A DNA stretch of 64,000 nt, from contig DATJZQ010000158.1 of NCBI GenBank assembly GCA_035499005.1, positions 3,364 to 67,363 of the forward strand, written 5' to 3'. This document shows, in pieces, positions 49,268 through 61,267 of the stretch. Origin of the DNA: Burkholderiales bacterium. GTDB taxonomy: Bacteria; Pseudomonadota; Gammaproteobacteria; Burkholderiales; SHXO01. The notes under the pieces are model-generated. The model was given only the letters and a program-made list of their open reading frames with translations. It was not told where the DNA came from and did no database searches. Every line of letters begins with the position of its first letter. Position 1 is the stretch's first letter. A program made the position numbers and the translations under genes.

Positions 49268-51076
49268 ATGATTGGTCAAGTGCTGCGGACGCTCCTGGCG
49301 CTGCTGCTGGTAGGCGTGCTCGCCTACCTGTACGTGATGAGTCAGGGGGGCGACCTCAAGCGTCAGACTCAGATCGTCACCGATCTTCGCAGCCTCAAGG
49401 AGATCGACAGCCGCTGGAACCGAGATCTCGCCACTGCACGCAGCGACACATTGGCTACCGAGCCTCGCTCGCGCGAACCGGCGGTCAGGCTGCAGCCTTT
49501 GCTGGGCGATATCGCGGTAGAAACGGCTGCCCTCAACAATCGCGCCCTGGCTACCGGGGTCGAGAGCCTGCGCAGTGCGTTCCTGGAAAAGCAGAAGCGC
49601 GTCGACCAGTTCGAGCAGGCAAACGCTGATCTGCGCGCGGCGGTCAAGGATCTGCTGAATCAGCTGTCTGGCGTTCGCCAGACGGTCGCCCGATTGGCAG
49701 AGGCCGATGCCAAGCAGCGGCAGAAGCTGTCGGCCCTGGACGGGCAGCTGGTGGCGTTGAACGCCGAGCTTTTGCGCCTCTATGTACAACCGGACGACGG
49801 TGCGCGAAAGGCGGTCGAAACGGCCGCCAGCACCCTCGCTGAAGCGGCGCCGCAATACCCCGAAGCCATCCGTACTCCGCTCTCGGGCCTGGTCCCCGCC
49901 GTTGGCGCGCTGCTTAAGCAAGAGCCCGCAGTCACGCAGCTTGGCGAGCAAATCGCGTTGCTGCCCACCTCCCCGCGCATCACATCTCTCAACGACGCCT
50001 ACGATCGAGAGTTCCAGGCCATCGCCGATCAGAAGGAACAGTTTCGCGTCTATCTGGTGTTCTATTCCGCGGCTCTGCTGGTTTTCCTGGCCTATGTCGT
50101 GTACCAGTTGCGCCAGAGCTACGGCAAGATCAACCAGGCCAACGAGGCCCTGAAGGCGGCCAACGAGAATCTCGAGCACAAGGTGCAGGATCGGACGAAG
50201 GAGCTGTCCGAGGCGCTCAAGCACCTGAAGGAATCGGAGCTGATGCTGGTCCAGTCCGAGAAGATGTCTTCGCTCGGTCAGATGGTGGCCGGCATCGCCC
50301 ACGAGATCAACACGCCGCTCGCGTATGTGAAAGCCAGTCTAGCCTCGGTCAAGGAGAGGCTGCCCCAAGTCGAGGGCGTGGTGGCCGAGTGCACGAAACT
50401 GTTAGCCATGCTCGAGCGCGGCGACGTGCCGGATGCGGAGCTTTCGGCGCAATTCACCCGCGTGTCCACGCTGTCCTCCAAGTTCCGCGCCGAATCCGAG
50501 GCTGGCGATCTGCTCCATCTCACCAGCGATGGGCTGCACGGCATCGACCAGATCGCGGAGATCGTCATCAACCTGAAGAACTTCAGCCGCCTGGACCGCA
50601 GCAAGCTGCAGCGCTTCAACCTCAACGAAGGCATCGAGAGCACGTTGGTGATCGCCCGCAACATGATCAAGCACAAGACGGTGCACAAGCAGCTGCGGGA
50701 GATTCCGCTGGTGGAATGCTCGCCATCGCAGATCAATCAGGTGTTCCTCAACCTCGTGACCAATGCAGCACAGGCGACGGATGAGACATCCGGCGAGATC
50801 ACCGTTGCCAGTGCCATCGCCCCAGGCGGACAAGTGCGGGTGGACGTTTCGGACAACGGTCACGGTATTCCCGAGGCTATCCTGTCCAAAATCTTCGACC
50901 CGTTCTTCACGACCAAAGATGTGGGGCAGGGCACCGGGCTTGGCCTGTCCATCGCCTATAAGATCGTCCAGGAGCACGGCGGCCGCATCGAGGTCAAGTC
51001 GAGTGTGGGTCGCGGCACGACCTTCTCGGTATTCCTCCCGGTGAAGGCAGCGCAGCCGCAGGCGCTCGCGGCATGA
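49268..51076 (+). CDS. Sensor histidine kinase (TM - ~240-aa helical extracytoplasmic domain - TM - coiled coil - HisKA - HATPase_c)
   Basis: ORF 602 aa. TM1 [17 protein letters not shown]2 [22 protein letters not shown]-box [13 protein letters not shown] box [11 protein letters not shown] boxes DNGHGIP and GTGLGLS. Confidence 0.9.
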   Translation: MIGQVLRTLLALLLVGVLAYLYVMSQGGDLKRQTQIVTDLRSLKEIDSRWNRDLATARSDTLATEPRSREPAVRLQPLLGDIAVETAALNNRALATGVESLRSAFLEKQKRVDQFEQANADLRAAVKDLLNQLSGVRQTVARLAEADAKQRQKLSALDGQLVALNAELLRLYVQPDDGARKAVETAASTLAEAAPQYPEAIRTPLSGLVPAVGALLKQEPAVTQLGEQIALLPTSPRITSLNDAYDREFQAIADQKEQFRVYLVFYSAALLVFLAYVVYQLRQSYGKINQANEALKAANENLEHKVQDRTKELSEALKHLKESELMLVQSEKMSSLGQMVAGIAHEINTPLAYVKASLASVKERLPQVEGVVAECTKLLAMLERGDVPDAELSAQFTRVSTLSSKFRAESEAGDLLHLTSDGLHGIDQIAEIVINLKNFSRLDRSKLQRFNLNEGIESTLVIARNMIKHKTVHKQLREIPLVECSPSQINQVFLNLVTNAAQATDETSGEITVASAIAPGGQVRVDVSDNGHGIPEAILSKIFDPFFTTKDVGQGTGLGLSIAYKIVQEHGGRIEVKSSVGRGTTFSVFLPVKAAQPQALAA

Positions 51077-51107
51077 GTGCACCGATGGCTGGACCCGACC
51101 CGTTCGC

Positions 51108-53024
51108 ATGAACATTCCGGCCGTCATCGGGCGCTACGAGGTGCGTGGCCTGCTCGGAGAAGGCGGCATGGCGACCGTGCTGGAGGGCTGGGACCCAGTC
51201 CTGCATCGGACGCTGGCGATCAAGCTGGTAGACAAGACCAAGCTCGAACAGGAGACGAAGGACGAGGCGCTTAGCCGATTCAAACGCGAGGCGCAGGCGG
51301 CTGCGCGTTTGACCCACGCCAACGTGGTGCAAGTCTACGAGTACGGCGAGGAGGGTGACTTCTGCTTCATCGCCATGGAGCACGTCGCCGGCAAGCCACT
51401 GACGGCTTACCTGAGCGAGGGTCTCAAGTCCGAATTACAGCGGGTGCGCGACATCATTGGCCAGTTGCTGGATGCGCTGGCCTATTCTCATGCGCAGGGC
51501 GTCATCCACCGCGATATCAAACCGGGCAACCTGCTCGTCACGCGCGAGGGCAACATCAAAGTCACCGACTTTGGCATTGCGCGTATCGAGACCTCGAACG
51601 TAACTCAGCATGGCCACATGCTGGGCACGCCTAGCTACATGTCGCCGGAACAGTATCTTGGCGAAACGCCGGACGGCAGAGCCGACTTGTTTGCCGCGGG
51701 AGTTCTCCTGTACGAACTGCTCACCGGCGTCAAACCGTTTGCCGGCGAGAGCAGCGGGCAGATCATGAACAAGATCCTGTATGAGACGGCAGTGGATCCG
51801 TCCCGTCTCAACCCGCTCCTGCCGCCGGCGGTGGACTGGGTAGTGCAAAGGGCGCTGGCCAAGGCGCCCCAGGATCGCTTCGACAATGCCCGCGAATTCA
51901 GCGAGGCGCTGTTCAACGCCATCCCGGATCAGCTCGGCGACGAGGCGTCACCGCGTGCCAGCGCCGGGGCCCCCGCGTCGTCGCCCAGCGCGCCCGGCAT
52001 GCTCAGCAGCGCGCGCAAGCTGCGTTCGCTCGCGCGCAGCAGCGATGCAACGGTGCCAAGCGATGCGATTAGCGAGCTCTCGCCGCTCAACGAAGCGGTG
52101 ATGACTGTTCAGCGCGCTCGCATCCTGTTCGTGGACGACGAGGAGCGCATACTGACAGCGCTGAAGACGATCTTCCGCGGGCGATACCACGTTCTCACTG
52201 CAGCCAACGGCAAAGAGGCTCTGGACTTCATCAGCAAGTTCAAGATCCCGGTGATCGTGAGCGACCAGCGCATGCCGGGAATGCTCGGCGTCGAGCTGCT
52301 GCGTCGTGCGCGCGACATCTCGCCGGACAGCGTGCGCATCCTGCTGACCGGCTATTCCGACCTCGCCTCCATCGTGGGTTCCATCAATGACGGTGAGGTC
52401 TACCGCTTCATCAGCAAGCCCTGGGACAATCAGGAATTGCAGCAGGTGGTTGGCGAAGCGGTTGCGATCGGCCAGCAGCTGCTGGAGCGCAATCGACCCA
52501 GGCAGGCGCCTCCGCCCAAGATAGACGGGGCCATACTCCTGCTGGAGCAGAAGCCGGGGCTGCACGACGCGCTCGGCAAGCTGCTCGGATCGAGCTACGA
52601 GTTGGTGTGCGTGTCGGACATCGATCAGGCGCTGGCCGAGCTCGAGGCGCGCGAAATCGCTCTGTTCATCACCGACATCGACGCCGACTTCGACAACTAC
52701 CTGATCCTGTTCAATCTGCTCAAGCGCAAGTACCCACAGATTCTGGTCCTGGTCGTCACCAGCGCTTCAGACTCGGAGATGGTGATCCACCTTATCAACG
52801 AGGCGCAGATCTACCGCTTCCTGAACAAGCCCGTCAACCTCGGTCTGTTGCAGCAACACTTGAGCTCGGCTATCACGCGCTACGCGGAATATCAGAGCTC
52901 GCCCGAGCTCCTCGAGCGGCACAAGGTCAAAGACACCCCGAAGGCCGAAACGAGCTCGTTCGCCCAGGGGCTGCTCGAGCGGCTCAGATCGTTCAAGAAC
53001 CGCCTCGCAGCCGCCGGCCGGTAG
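51108..53024 (+). CDS. Hanks-type Ser/Thr protein kinase fused to two C-terminal receiver (REC) domains
   Basis: ORF 638 aa. GEGGMATV, AIK, HRDIKPGN, DFGIAR, SYMSPE (aa 7-270). REC1 aa ~338-455 (FVDDEE, VSDQRMPG, LLTGY, ISKPW). REC2 aa ~474-592 (LLLEQK, FITDID, VVTSA, LNKPV). Confidence 0.88.
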   Translation: MNIPAVIGRYEVRGLLGEGGMATVLEGWDPVLHRTLAIKLVDKTKLEQETKDEALSRFKREAQAAARLTHANVVQVYEYGEEGDFCFIAMEHVAGKPLTAYLSEGLKSELQRVRDIIGQLLDALAYSHAQGVIHRDIKPGNLLVTREGNIKVTDFGIARIETSNVTQHGHMLGTPSYMSPEQYLGETPDGRADLFAAGVLLYELLTGVKPFAGESSGQIMNKILYETAVDPSRLNPLLPPAVDWVVQRALAKAPQDRFDNAREFSEALFNAIPDQLGDEASPRASAGAPASSPSAPGMLSSARKLRSLARSSDATVPSDAISELSPLNEAVMTVQRARILFVDDEERILTALKTIFRGRYHVLTAANGKEALDFISKFKIPVIVSDQRMPGMLGVELLRRARDISPDSVRILLTGYSDLASIVGSINDGEVYRFISKPWDNQELQQVVGEAVAIGQQLLERNRPRQAPPPKIDGAILLLEQKPGLHDALGKLLGSSYELVCVSDIDQALAELEAREIALFITDIDADFDNYLILFNLLKRKYPQILVLVVTSASDSEMVIHLINEAQIYRFLNKPVNLGLLQQHLSSAITRYAEYQSSPELLERHKVKDTPKAETSSFAQGLLERLRSFKNRLAAAGR

Positions 53025-53053
53025 ATGGACCGTCTTTGGCGAGCGGGCAAAAC

Positions 53054-53878
53054 TTAGGCGCTGTGTTCGGTTGCGTTGCGCAGCTTCGCGGTGAGGTGGG
53101 GTCGAACCGCCTGCACCAGTTGCGCGAAGATCTTTGGGCTGCCGGCGACGAGGTTGCCGCTCTGCAAGAACTCCTGGTTGCCCTCGAGATCGCCCACTAG
53201 GCCACCGGCCTCGGTGATCATGAGGCAGCCGGCGGCCATGTCCCATGGAGCGAGCCCGATCTCCCAGAAGCCGTCCAGCCGGCCCGCGGCCACGTTGGCC
53301 AGATCGAGCGCGGCAGAACCGGCCCGGCGTACTCCCGCAGTCTTGGTCATGAGGTCCTTCAGCATCCCGCTGTACGCGTCGAGATGCTCGAACATGCGGA
53401 ACGGAAAGCCGGTCCCGATCAGCGCATCGATCAGCTTTTCACGGCGTGACACGCGCAGGCGTTTGTCGTTCAGGTACGCGCCGCGTCCGCGCGTGGCGGT
53501 GTACAGGTCGTTGCGGCACGGATCGTAGATGACGCCGTGCGTAATGACACCCTTGTGCAGCAGCGCAACGGACACGCTGTACTGCTGGAACCCGTGCAGG
53601 TAGTTGGTGGTTCCGTCGAGCGGATCGATGACCCATACATGCTCCGACTGGCCGGATGCACCGCTTTCTTCTGCTAGAATCGCGTGCCCCGGATAGGCCG
53701 TCTGCAGCGTCTCGATGATCACGGCCTCGGCCGCACGATCCACCTCCGACACCAGGTCGTTCAAGCTCTTGTGCCGCACCGTCAACGCGTCGAGGTCGCC
53801 CGCCGCCTGATTGATGATGCGGCCCGCCCGGCGCGCCGCTTTCACCGCGATGTTCACCATCGGATGCACCGTCGCCAT
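53054..53878 (-). CDS. suhB: Inositol monophosphatase family protein SuhB
   Basis: ORF 274 aa. [25 protein letters not shown] motifs. Confidence 0.92.
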   Translation of the reverse strand: MATVHPMVNIAVKAARRAGRIINQAAGDLDALTVRHKSLNDLVSEVDRAAEAVIIETLQTAYPGHAILAEESGASGQSEHVWVIDPLDGTTNYLHGFQQYSVSVALLHKGVITHGVIYDPCRNDLYTATRGRGAYLNDKRLRVSRREKLIDALIGTGFPFRMFEHLDAYSGMLKDLMTKTAGVRRAGSAALDLANVAAGRLDGFWEIGLAPWDMAAGCLMITEAGGLVGDLEGNQEFLQSGNLVAGSPKIFAQLVQAVRPHLTAKLRNATEHSA

Positions 53879-53931
53879 CTCGCGTCTTCCTGCGCGTAAG
53901 CGCCGCTAGAACGAAGCGCGGATTCTACTCC

Positions 53932-54666
53932 ATGCTCGACGCGCCTCTTCTGGACCGTGTGCGCATCGTCCTGTGCGGCACCAGCCATCCGGGAAACATC
54001 GGCGCGAGCGCGCGCGCCATGAAGACCATGGGCCTGAGCTCGCTGTATCTGGTCAATCCACAGCGCTTCCCCGCGACCGAGGCCGTGGCAATGGCATCCA
54101 ATGCTGCGGACTTGCTGGAGCACGCCGTCGTTTGCGGCTCGCTCGACGAAGCTCTGACCGGGACCGTATTCGCGGCAGCCTGCACGGCGCGCAGCCGTGA
54201 CCTGCCTCACGCGGTGCTGACGCCTCGCGAAGCTGCTCCACGTCTGCTCCAAGAGAGCGCGGCCGGCGGGGTCGCCTTGGTATTCGGACCGGAAAAGACA
54301 GGCCTTACCAGCGGTGAAGTCAGCCGGTGCGGGGCAATTGCCATGATTCCGACCGATCCGCGCTGCGCGTCTCTCAATCTCGCTGCGGCTGTGCAGGTCT
54401 TCGCGTACGAGCTTTGGCAGGCAGCGCAGCTTCCCGAGAGTTCCCCGCAGGACGCCTATCAGGCCGCCAGCTACGAGGAGGTCGAGTTCTTCTTCAATCA
54501 CCTCGAGCAGACGCTCTACGACATCCGGTTCCTCGATCCAAGCCAGCCCAAGCGCCTGATGCGGCGACTGCGCCGGCTGTTTCAGCGGGCGCGCCTCGAA
54601 AAGGAAGAGGTGAACATCCTTCGCGGCATTCTGACCGCGGCCCAAAAGGCCAGATCCAATAGTTGA
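53932..54666 (+). CDS. trmJ: tRNA (cytidine/uridine-2'-O)-methyltransferase TrmJ (SpoU/TrmH class)
   Basis: ORF 244 aa. VRIVLCGTSHPGNIGASARAMKTMG, LVFGPEKTGLT, SLNLAAAVQVFAYE, ILRGILTA close to E. coli TrmJ as recalled. Confidence 0.9.
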   Translation: MLDAPLLDRVRIVLCGTSHPGNIGASARAMKTMGLSSLYLVNPQRFPATEAVAMASNAADLLEHAVVCGSLDEALTGTVFAAACTARSRDLPHAVLTPREAAPRLLQESAAGGVALVFGPEKTGLTSGEVSRCGAIAMIPTDPRCASLNLAAAVQVFAYELWQAAQLPESSPQDAYQAASYEEVEFFFNHLEQTLYDIRFLDPSQPKRLMRRLRRLFQRARLEKEEVNILRGILTAAQKARSNS

Positions 54667-54691
54667 CCTGGTTACTCGGTATTCTTAAAGT
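54663..54691 (+). promoter_or_regulatory. Candidate sigma-70 promoter TTGACC-N17-TAAAGT upstream of cysE
   Basis: Read in sequence. Overlaps trmJ stop codon. 33 nt upstream of cysE ATG. Confidence 0.35.
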
Positions 54692-54723
54692 GCTGTTTTC
54701 CTTGGAGAGCAGGGTGGACATTG

Positions 54724-55476
54724 ATGTTTGACCGGATCCGCGAGGACATCCGCTGCGTGTTCGAGCGCGACCCCGCGGCGCGCACCACCTGGGAGGTCAT
54801 CACCTGCTACCCGGGCTTTCACGCCCGTCTGCTGCACCGCTTCTCGCACCGGTTGTGGCGGTGGGATCTGAAGTGGCTTGGACGATTCGTCTCGCATCTC
54901 GCGCGCTGGCTCACGGGCATCGAGATCCATCCGGCCGCCGTGATCGGACGGCGCTTCTTCATCGACCATGGCATGGGCGTCGTCATTGGAGAAACCGCGG
55001 AGATTGGAGACGACGTCACGCTTTACCACGGCGTGACCCTGGGCGGGACGACCTGGCAGAAGGGGAAACGGCACCCAACATTGGGCAATGGAATCGTGGC
55101 TGGAGCGGGCGCCAAGCTCCTTGGCCCGATTCACGTTGGGGACGGGGCAAAGATCGGCTCGAACGCCGTGGTCGTGAGGGACGTGCCGGCGGGAGCAACG
55201 GCCGTTGGCATTCCGGCTCGGATCATCGACAACGGACGCGACGAGGCGCGCGCGCGGATGGCCGAGAGGATCGGCTTCCCCGCCTATGGGATCAGCGGGG
55301 AGGTGGGCGATCCTGTCGCGCAGGCGATTAACAGCCTTTTGGATCATGTAGTTACGATCGACCAGCGGATCGAGCAGATCCTCGAGCGCCTGCAGCGGGC
55401 CGGCATCGAGTGCCGCGAAGAACTAGAGAAATCCAAGGCGCTCGACCCCACTTATCTCAGTAGAATTGTTGACTGA
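54724..55476 (+). CDS. cysE: Serine O-acetyltransferase
   Basis: ORF 54721..55476 (ATG at 54724). [64 protein letters not shown] hexapeptide region. Confidence 0.93.
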   Translation: MFDRIREDIRCVFERDPAARTTWEVITCYPGFHARLLHRFSHRLWRWDLKWLGRFVSHLARWLTGIEIHPAAVIGRRFFIDHGMGVVIGETAEIGDDVTLYHGVTLGGTTWQKGKRHPTLGNGIVAGAGAKLLGPIHVGDGAKIGSNAVVVRDVPAGATAVGIPARIIDNGRDEARARMAERIGFPAYGISGEVGDPVAQAINSLLDHVVTIDQRIEQILERLQRAGIECREELEKSKALDPTYLSRIVD

Positions 55477-55497
55477 AATGTTTGGGTATCATAAACT
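55469..55497 (+). promoter_or_regulatory. Candidate sigma-70 promoter TTGACT-N17-TAAACT of the iscR-suf operon
   Basis: Read in sequence. -35 overlaps cysE stop. -10 lies inside IscR-type box 1. Confidence 0.45.
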
Positions 55498-55519
55498 TGA
55501 CCGAAATGATCGGGTTTAT
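55491..55519. promoter_or_regulatory. IscR Type-1-like binding site (box 1)
   Basis: ATAAACTTGACCGAAATGATCGGGTTTAT with palindromic ends ATAAAC/GTTTAT. Reverse complement core CCCGATCATTTCGGTCAAG resembles the E. coli Type-1 motif ATAsyyGACTrwwwyAGTCrrsTAT as recalled. Confidence 0.55.
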
Positions 55520-55527
55520 GGATTTGG

Positions 55528-55550
55528 ATTGACCGAACTGATTTTCTTCC
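55528..55550. promoter_or_regulatory. Second IscR-like half-repeat (box 2)
   Basis: ATTGACCGAACTGATTTTCTTCC repeats the TTGACCGAA(A/C)TGAT core of box 1, 37 nt downstream and just before the iscR RBS. Confidence 0.4.
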
Positions 55551-55563
55551 CGAGGAGCTTGCC

Positions 55564-56043
55564 ATGCGACTAACCACCAAGGGACGCTTCGCAGTGACCG
55601 CCATGATGGATCTTGCGATGCAGGACGGAGAACGGCCGGTAACGCTTGCCGACATCTCCGACCGGCAAAAGATCTCGCTGTCCTACCTGGAACAGCTGTT
55701 CGGCAAGCTGCGCCGGCGCGCGCTGGTCACCAGCGTGCGCGGGCCTGGAGGCGGTTACCAACTGGCAAAGAGCGTGGGTGAGCTGTCTGTGGCCGAGATT
55801 ATCCGCGCGGTCGACGAGCCGATCGACGCTACCCAGTGCGGTGGCCGCGAGAATTGCAAGGACGAACGCAAATGCCTTACCCACGACCTGTGGGCGAGCC
55901 TCAACGAGAGGATCTTCGAGTACCTCAACTCGGTGACCCTGGGTCAGCTGGTCGACAAAGCGCGCGCGCAGGCGGGCGACAGCAAGGTGATGGAGCTGAA
56001 GGACCAGCGCGCGCGCCGCGATCAACCTGAACCCGTGCACTGA
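55564..56043 (+). CDS. iscR: Rrf2-family Fe-S cluster regulator IscR
   Basis: ORF 159 aa. MRLTTKGRFAVTAMMDLA, ISLSYLEQLF, VRGPGGGYQLA, cluster ligands CGGRENCKDERKCLTH (3 Cys + His). Confidence 0.9.
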   Translation: MRLTTKGRFAVTAMMDLAMQDGERPVTLADISDRQKISLSYLEQLFGKLRRRALVTSVRGPGGGYQLAKSVGELSVAEIIRAVDEPIDATQCGGRENCKDERKCLTHDLWASLNERIFEYLNSVTLGQLVDKARAQAGDSKVMELKDQRARRDQPEPVH

Positions 56044-56085
56044 TAAGTGCGGGCCACGGGTCCAATTCAAGACGGAGTGACAGCA

Positions 56086-56409
56086 GTGGCAATCAACCTG
56101 ACCGAAAGCGCGGCAAGGCAGATTCAAAGATCCTTGGCCAAACGCGGGAAAGGAGTTGGCCTGCGGTTGGGGGTGAAGGAGGTCGGCTGCTCCGGTCTCA
56201 CCTATACCTTCGACTACGCCGACGAGGTCGGCGCGAACGATGCGCTGTTCGAGGCGCACGATGCGAAGGTCGTGGTCGACAAGGAGATCCTGAAGTATCT
56301 GGACGGCTCGACGCTCGACTTCGCACGCGAGGGTCTCAAGGAAGCCTTCAAGTTCGACAACCCGAATGCCAAGAGCGAGTGCGGCTGCGGGGAAAGCTTC
56401 AGTGTGTGA
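56086..56409 (+). CDS. sufA: A-type Fe-S carrier (SufA/IscA/ErpA family)
   Basis: ORF 56047..56409 trimmed to GTG 56086 (GACGGAG RBS). GLRLGVKEVGCSGLTY and C-terminal CGCGESF. Confidence 0.85.
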   Translation: MAINLTESAARQIQRSLAKRGKGVGLRLGVKEVGCSGLTYTFDYADEVGANDALFEAHDAKVVVDKEILKYLDGSTLDFAREGLKEAFKFDNPNAKSECGCGESFSV

Positions 56410-56467
56410 ATCGATGACGGCGCAGGTGCGGTTGGCGCCGCGCCGCTATCACGGGTGAATCGGAGCC

Positions 56468-58683
<2,216 letters not shown>

Positions 58684-58688
58684 GAGCC

Positions 58689-59996
58689 ATGGACGCGCAG
58701 GCGGAGAGTTACCTGGAGCGGCTGCTGCCGGGGCAGGCAGGCGCGCCGGCAAGCTCGCCGTCCTGGTTGACCGAGCTCCGAGCGCGGGCGCTGGAGCGCG
58801 CCAACGCACTGAGGGTTCCCACCACGCGCGACGAAGACTGGCGCTTCACCGATCCTTCACCGCTGTACAAAGTCGTGCTGGAGGCACCCCGACAAGCTGC
58901 CCAAGTCGATGCGGGCGCGCTCGAGCCGTGGTTGATCCCCGAGGCGGCGAGCCGCCTGGTCTTTGTCGATGGCTCGTTTGCGCCCGGCCTTTCCTCGATA
59001 CGGCCGGAGAGCGGCGTGGTGGTCGCGCCGCTGGGTCGCACGCTGAGTGAGCGCGACGAGCGGGTGCAGGACGCACTCGCGCGCATTGTCTCCGGTACCG
59101 ACGAGGCTTTCAGCGCAGTGAACACCGCTTGGCTGCGGGACGGCGCGGTAGTCCTCGTGTCTCGCGAGCGGGACGCTCGCGATCCGATCCACCTGCTGTT
59201 TCTCAGCGTCAGCGAGCGCTCTGCGACATACCCACGCTCGCTGGTGGTTGCCGAGCGCGGCAGCTGTTGCACCGTGGTAGAGGACTATGTCTCTCTGCAT
59301 TCCGAAGTCGGTCTCACCAACGCGGTCAGCGAAATCCACGTCGGTGAAGGCGCCAGCGTTCGTCATGTCCGCTTGCAACGCGAGGGCACGGCCGCCTTCC
59401 ATATCGGCACCTGCGGCGTGCGCGTCGCGCGCGATGGCCGCTACCGCAGCGTGAGCATCGCATTGGGGGCGCGCCTCTCGCGCTACAACCTGCAGGTCGT
59501 GCAGGCCGGGGAAGGAACTGACTTCGACATCGACGGACTGGCGTTGATTTCGGGCCGTCAACTGGCGGATACACACAGCTTCGTGGATCACGCGTTGCCA
59601 CACGGGCGCAGCCGGCAGCTGCACAAGTGCGTCGTCGGCGATGCCGCTCATGCGGTGTTCAACGGCAAGATCCTGGTACGGCCCGGAGCGCAGCGGACCG
59701 ACTCGGCGCAGGAAAGCCGCAATCTGCTGCTGACCCAGCGGGCACAGGTGGATACCAAACCACAGCTGGAGATTTTCGCGGACGACGTGAAGTGCGGACA
59801 TGGCGCAACCGTTGGACAGCTCGATGCCGAGCAGGTCTTCTATCTGCGGAGCCGCGGTCTGTCCGAAAGCGCGGCACGCGATCTGTTGACCTTCGCTTTT
59901 GCGGCTCAAGTGGTCGAGCGCATTGCGCTGCCGTCCGTAGTCCGGCGCCTCGAGGACGCCATCGTTCGCCGTACGCAGAAGGAGAGCCGATCATGA
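58689..59996 (+). CDS. sufD: Fe-S cluster assembly protein SufD
   Basis: ORF 58680..59996 (ATG 58689 or GTG 58680). DEDWRFTD, beta-helix core, PQLEIFADDVKCGHGATVGQLD. Confidence 0.9.
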   Translation: MDAQAESYLERLLPGQAGAPASSPSWLTELRARALERANALRVPTTRDEDWRFTDPSPLYKVVLEAPRQAAQVDAGALEPWLIPEAASRLVFVDGSFAPGLSSIRPESGVVVAPLGRTLSERDERVQDALARIVSGTDEAFSAVNTAWLRDGAVVLVSRERDARDPIHLLFLSVSERSATYPRSLVVAERGSCCTVVEDYVSLHSEVGLTNAVSEIHVGEGASVRHVRLQREGTAAFHIGTCGVRVARDGRYRSVSIALGARLSRYNLQVVQAGEGTDFDIDGLALISGRQLADTHSFVDHALPHGRSRQLHKCVVGDAAHAVFNGKILVRPGAQRTDSAQESRNLLLTQRAQVDTKPQLEIFADDVKCGHGATVGQLDAEQVFYLRSRGLSESAARDLLTFAFAAQVVERIALPSVVRRLEDAIVRRTQKESRS

Positions 59997-61249
59997 ACAG
60001 CGCGGTCCTTGCTACAGTGGAACGCAGCACCGGGCTGGACGTGGCACGCCTGCGCTCCGACTTCCCCATACTGCGTCTGAAGGTGAACGGCAATCCCCTG
60101 GCTTATCTGGATAACGCGGCGAGCAGCCAGATGCCGCAGCGGGTCCTCGACCGGCTGATCCGCTACCAGACCCAGGAGCACTCCAACATCCACCGCGCGG
60201 TTCATTACCTGTCGGAGACCGCGACCGCGGCCTACGAAGGAGCGCGGAGCACGATCCAGAGATTTATCAACGCTCGCGAGGCACGCGAGGTCATCTACAC
60301 GCGCGGGACGACGGACGCGGTCAACCTGGTGATGCAGGGCTTCGGGCGCGCTTTCCTCGGGCGCGGTGACGAGATCATCCTGTCCCAGCTCGAGCACCAT
60401 TCCAACATCGTGCCGTGGCAGATGCTGCGCGACGAGAAAGGCTGCACGCTGCGCGTCGTGCCATGCAACGACGCCGGCGAACTGCTGCTCGACGAATACG
60501 CGGCGCTGTTCAACGAGCGCACCAGACTGGTGGCTGTGACCCACGTCTCCAACGCGCTCGGCACGGTGAATCCGATCAAACAGATGATCGCGCAAGCGCA
60601 CGCGCGCGGCGTACCGGTGCTGGTCGACGGCGCGCAGGCGGTACCGCATCTTGCCGTCGATGTGCAGGACTTGGATTGTGATTTCTACTGCTTCTCGGGC
60701 CACAAGATGTTCGGTCCAACCGGCATCGGGATCCTCTATGGCAAAGCGCATTGGCTCGAGAAGATGCAGCCATACCAGGGCGGTGGGGACATGATCCTGT
60801 CGGTGAGCTTCGAGCGTACCGTGTACAACAGCATCCCGCACAAGTTCGAGGCCGGCACGCCACCGATTGCCGCTGCGATCGGTCTGGGCGCCGCCGTGGA
60901 CTACTTGACGGACATCGGCATGCCGCACATCGCGGCCTGGGAACACGAGTTGCTGACCTACGCCACAGAGCAGGTCGAGGCGCTGCCCGGCGTGCGCATC
61001 GTCGGCACCGCCCAGGACAAGGCGTCCGTTCTGTCGTTCACGGTGGCGGGCGTCCACCCGCACGATGTCGGAACGCTGCTGAACGAGGACGGTGTGGCTG
61101 TGCGGACCGGGCACCACTGCGCACAGCCCGTCATGCAGCGCTTCGCGATTCCTGCGACGGCGCGCGCTTCATTCGCCTTCTACAACACGTTCCAGGAAGT
61201 CGATCAGCTGGTGGCCGGTATCAGGCGGGTGCAGGAGATTTTTTCCTGA
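59993..61249 (+). CDS. sufS: Cysteine desulfurase SufS (class II aminotransferase V)
   Basis: In-frame part of ORF 59627..61249 from ATG 59993 (ATGA overlap with sufD). YLDNAASSQ, THVSNALG, FSGHKMFGPTGIGILYG (PLP Lys), RTGHHCAQP (active Cys). Confidence 0.93.
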   Translation: MNSAVLATVERSTGLDVARLRSDFPILRLKVNGNPLAYLDNAASSQMPQRVLDRLIRYQTQEHSNIHRAVHYLSETATAAYEGARSTIQRFINAREAREVIYTRGTTDAVNLVMQGFGRAFLGRGDEIILSQLEHHSNIVPWQMLRDEKGCTLRVVPCNDAGELLLDEYAALFNERTRLVAVTHVSNALGTVNPIKQMIAQAHARGVPVLVDGAQAVPHLAVDVQDLDCDFYCFSGHKMFGPTGIGILYGKAHWLEKMQPYQGGGDMILSVSFERTVYNSIPHKFEAGTPPIAAAIGLGAAVDYLTDIGMPHIAAWEHELLTYATEQVEALPGVRIVGTAQDKASVLSFTVAGVHPHDVGTLLNEDGVAVRTGHHCAQPVMQRFAIPATARASFAFYNTFQEVDQLVAGIRRVQEIFS

Positions 61250-61267
61250 TCGGCCAGGGCACGTGCA

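Noticed and set aside
49247-50302. 351-aa minus-strand ORF
   Set aside because: It is antisense to the histidine-kinase sensor domain. The plus-strand frame continues seamlessly into HisKA/HATPase motifs.
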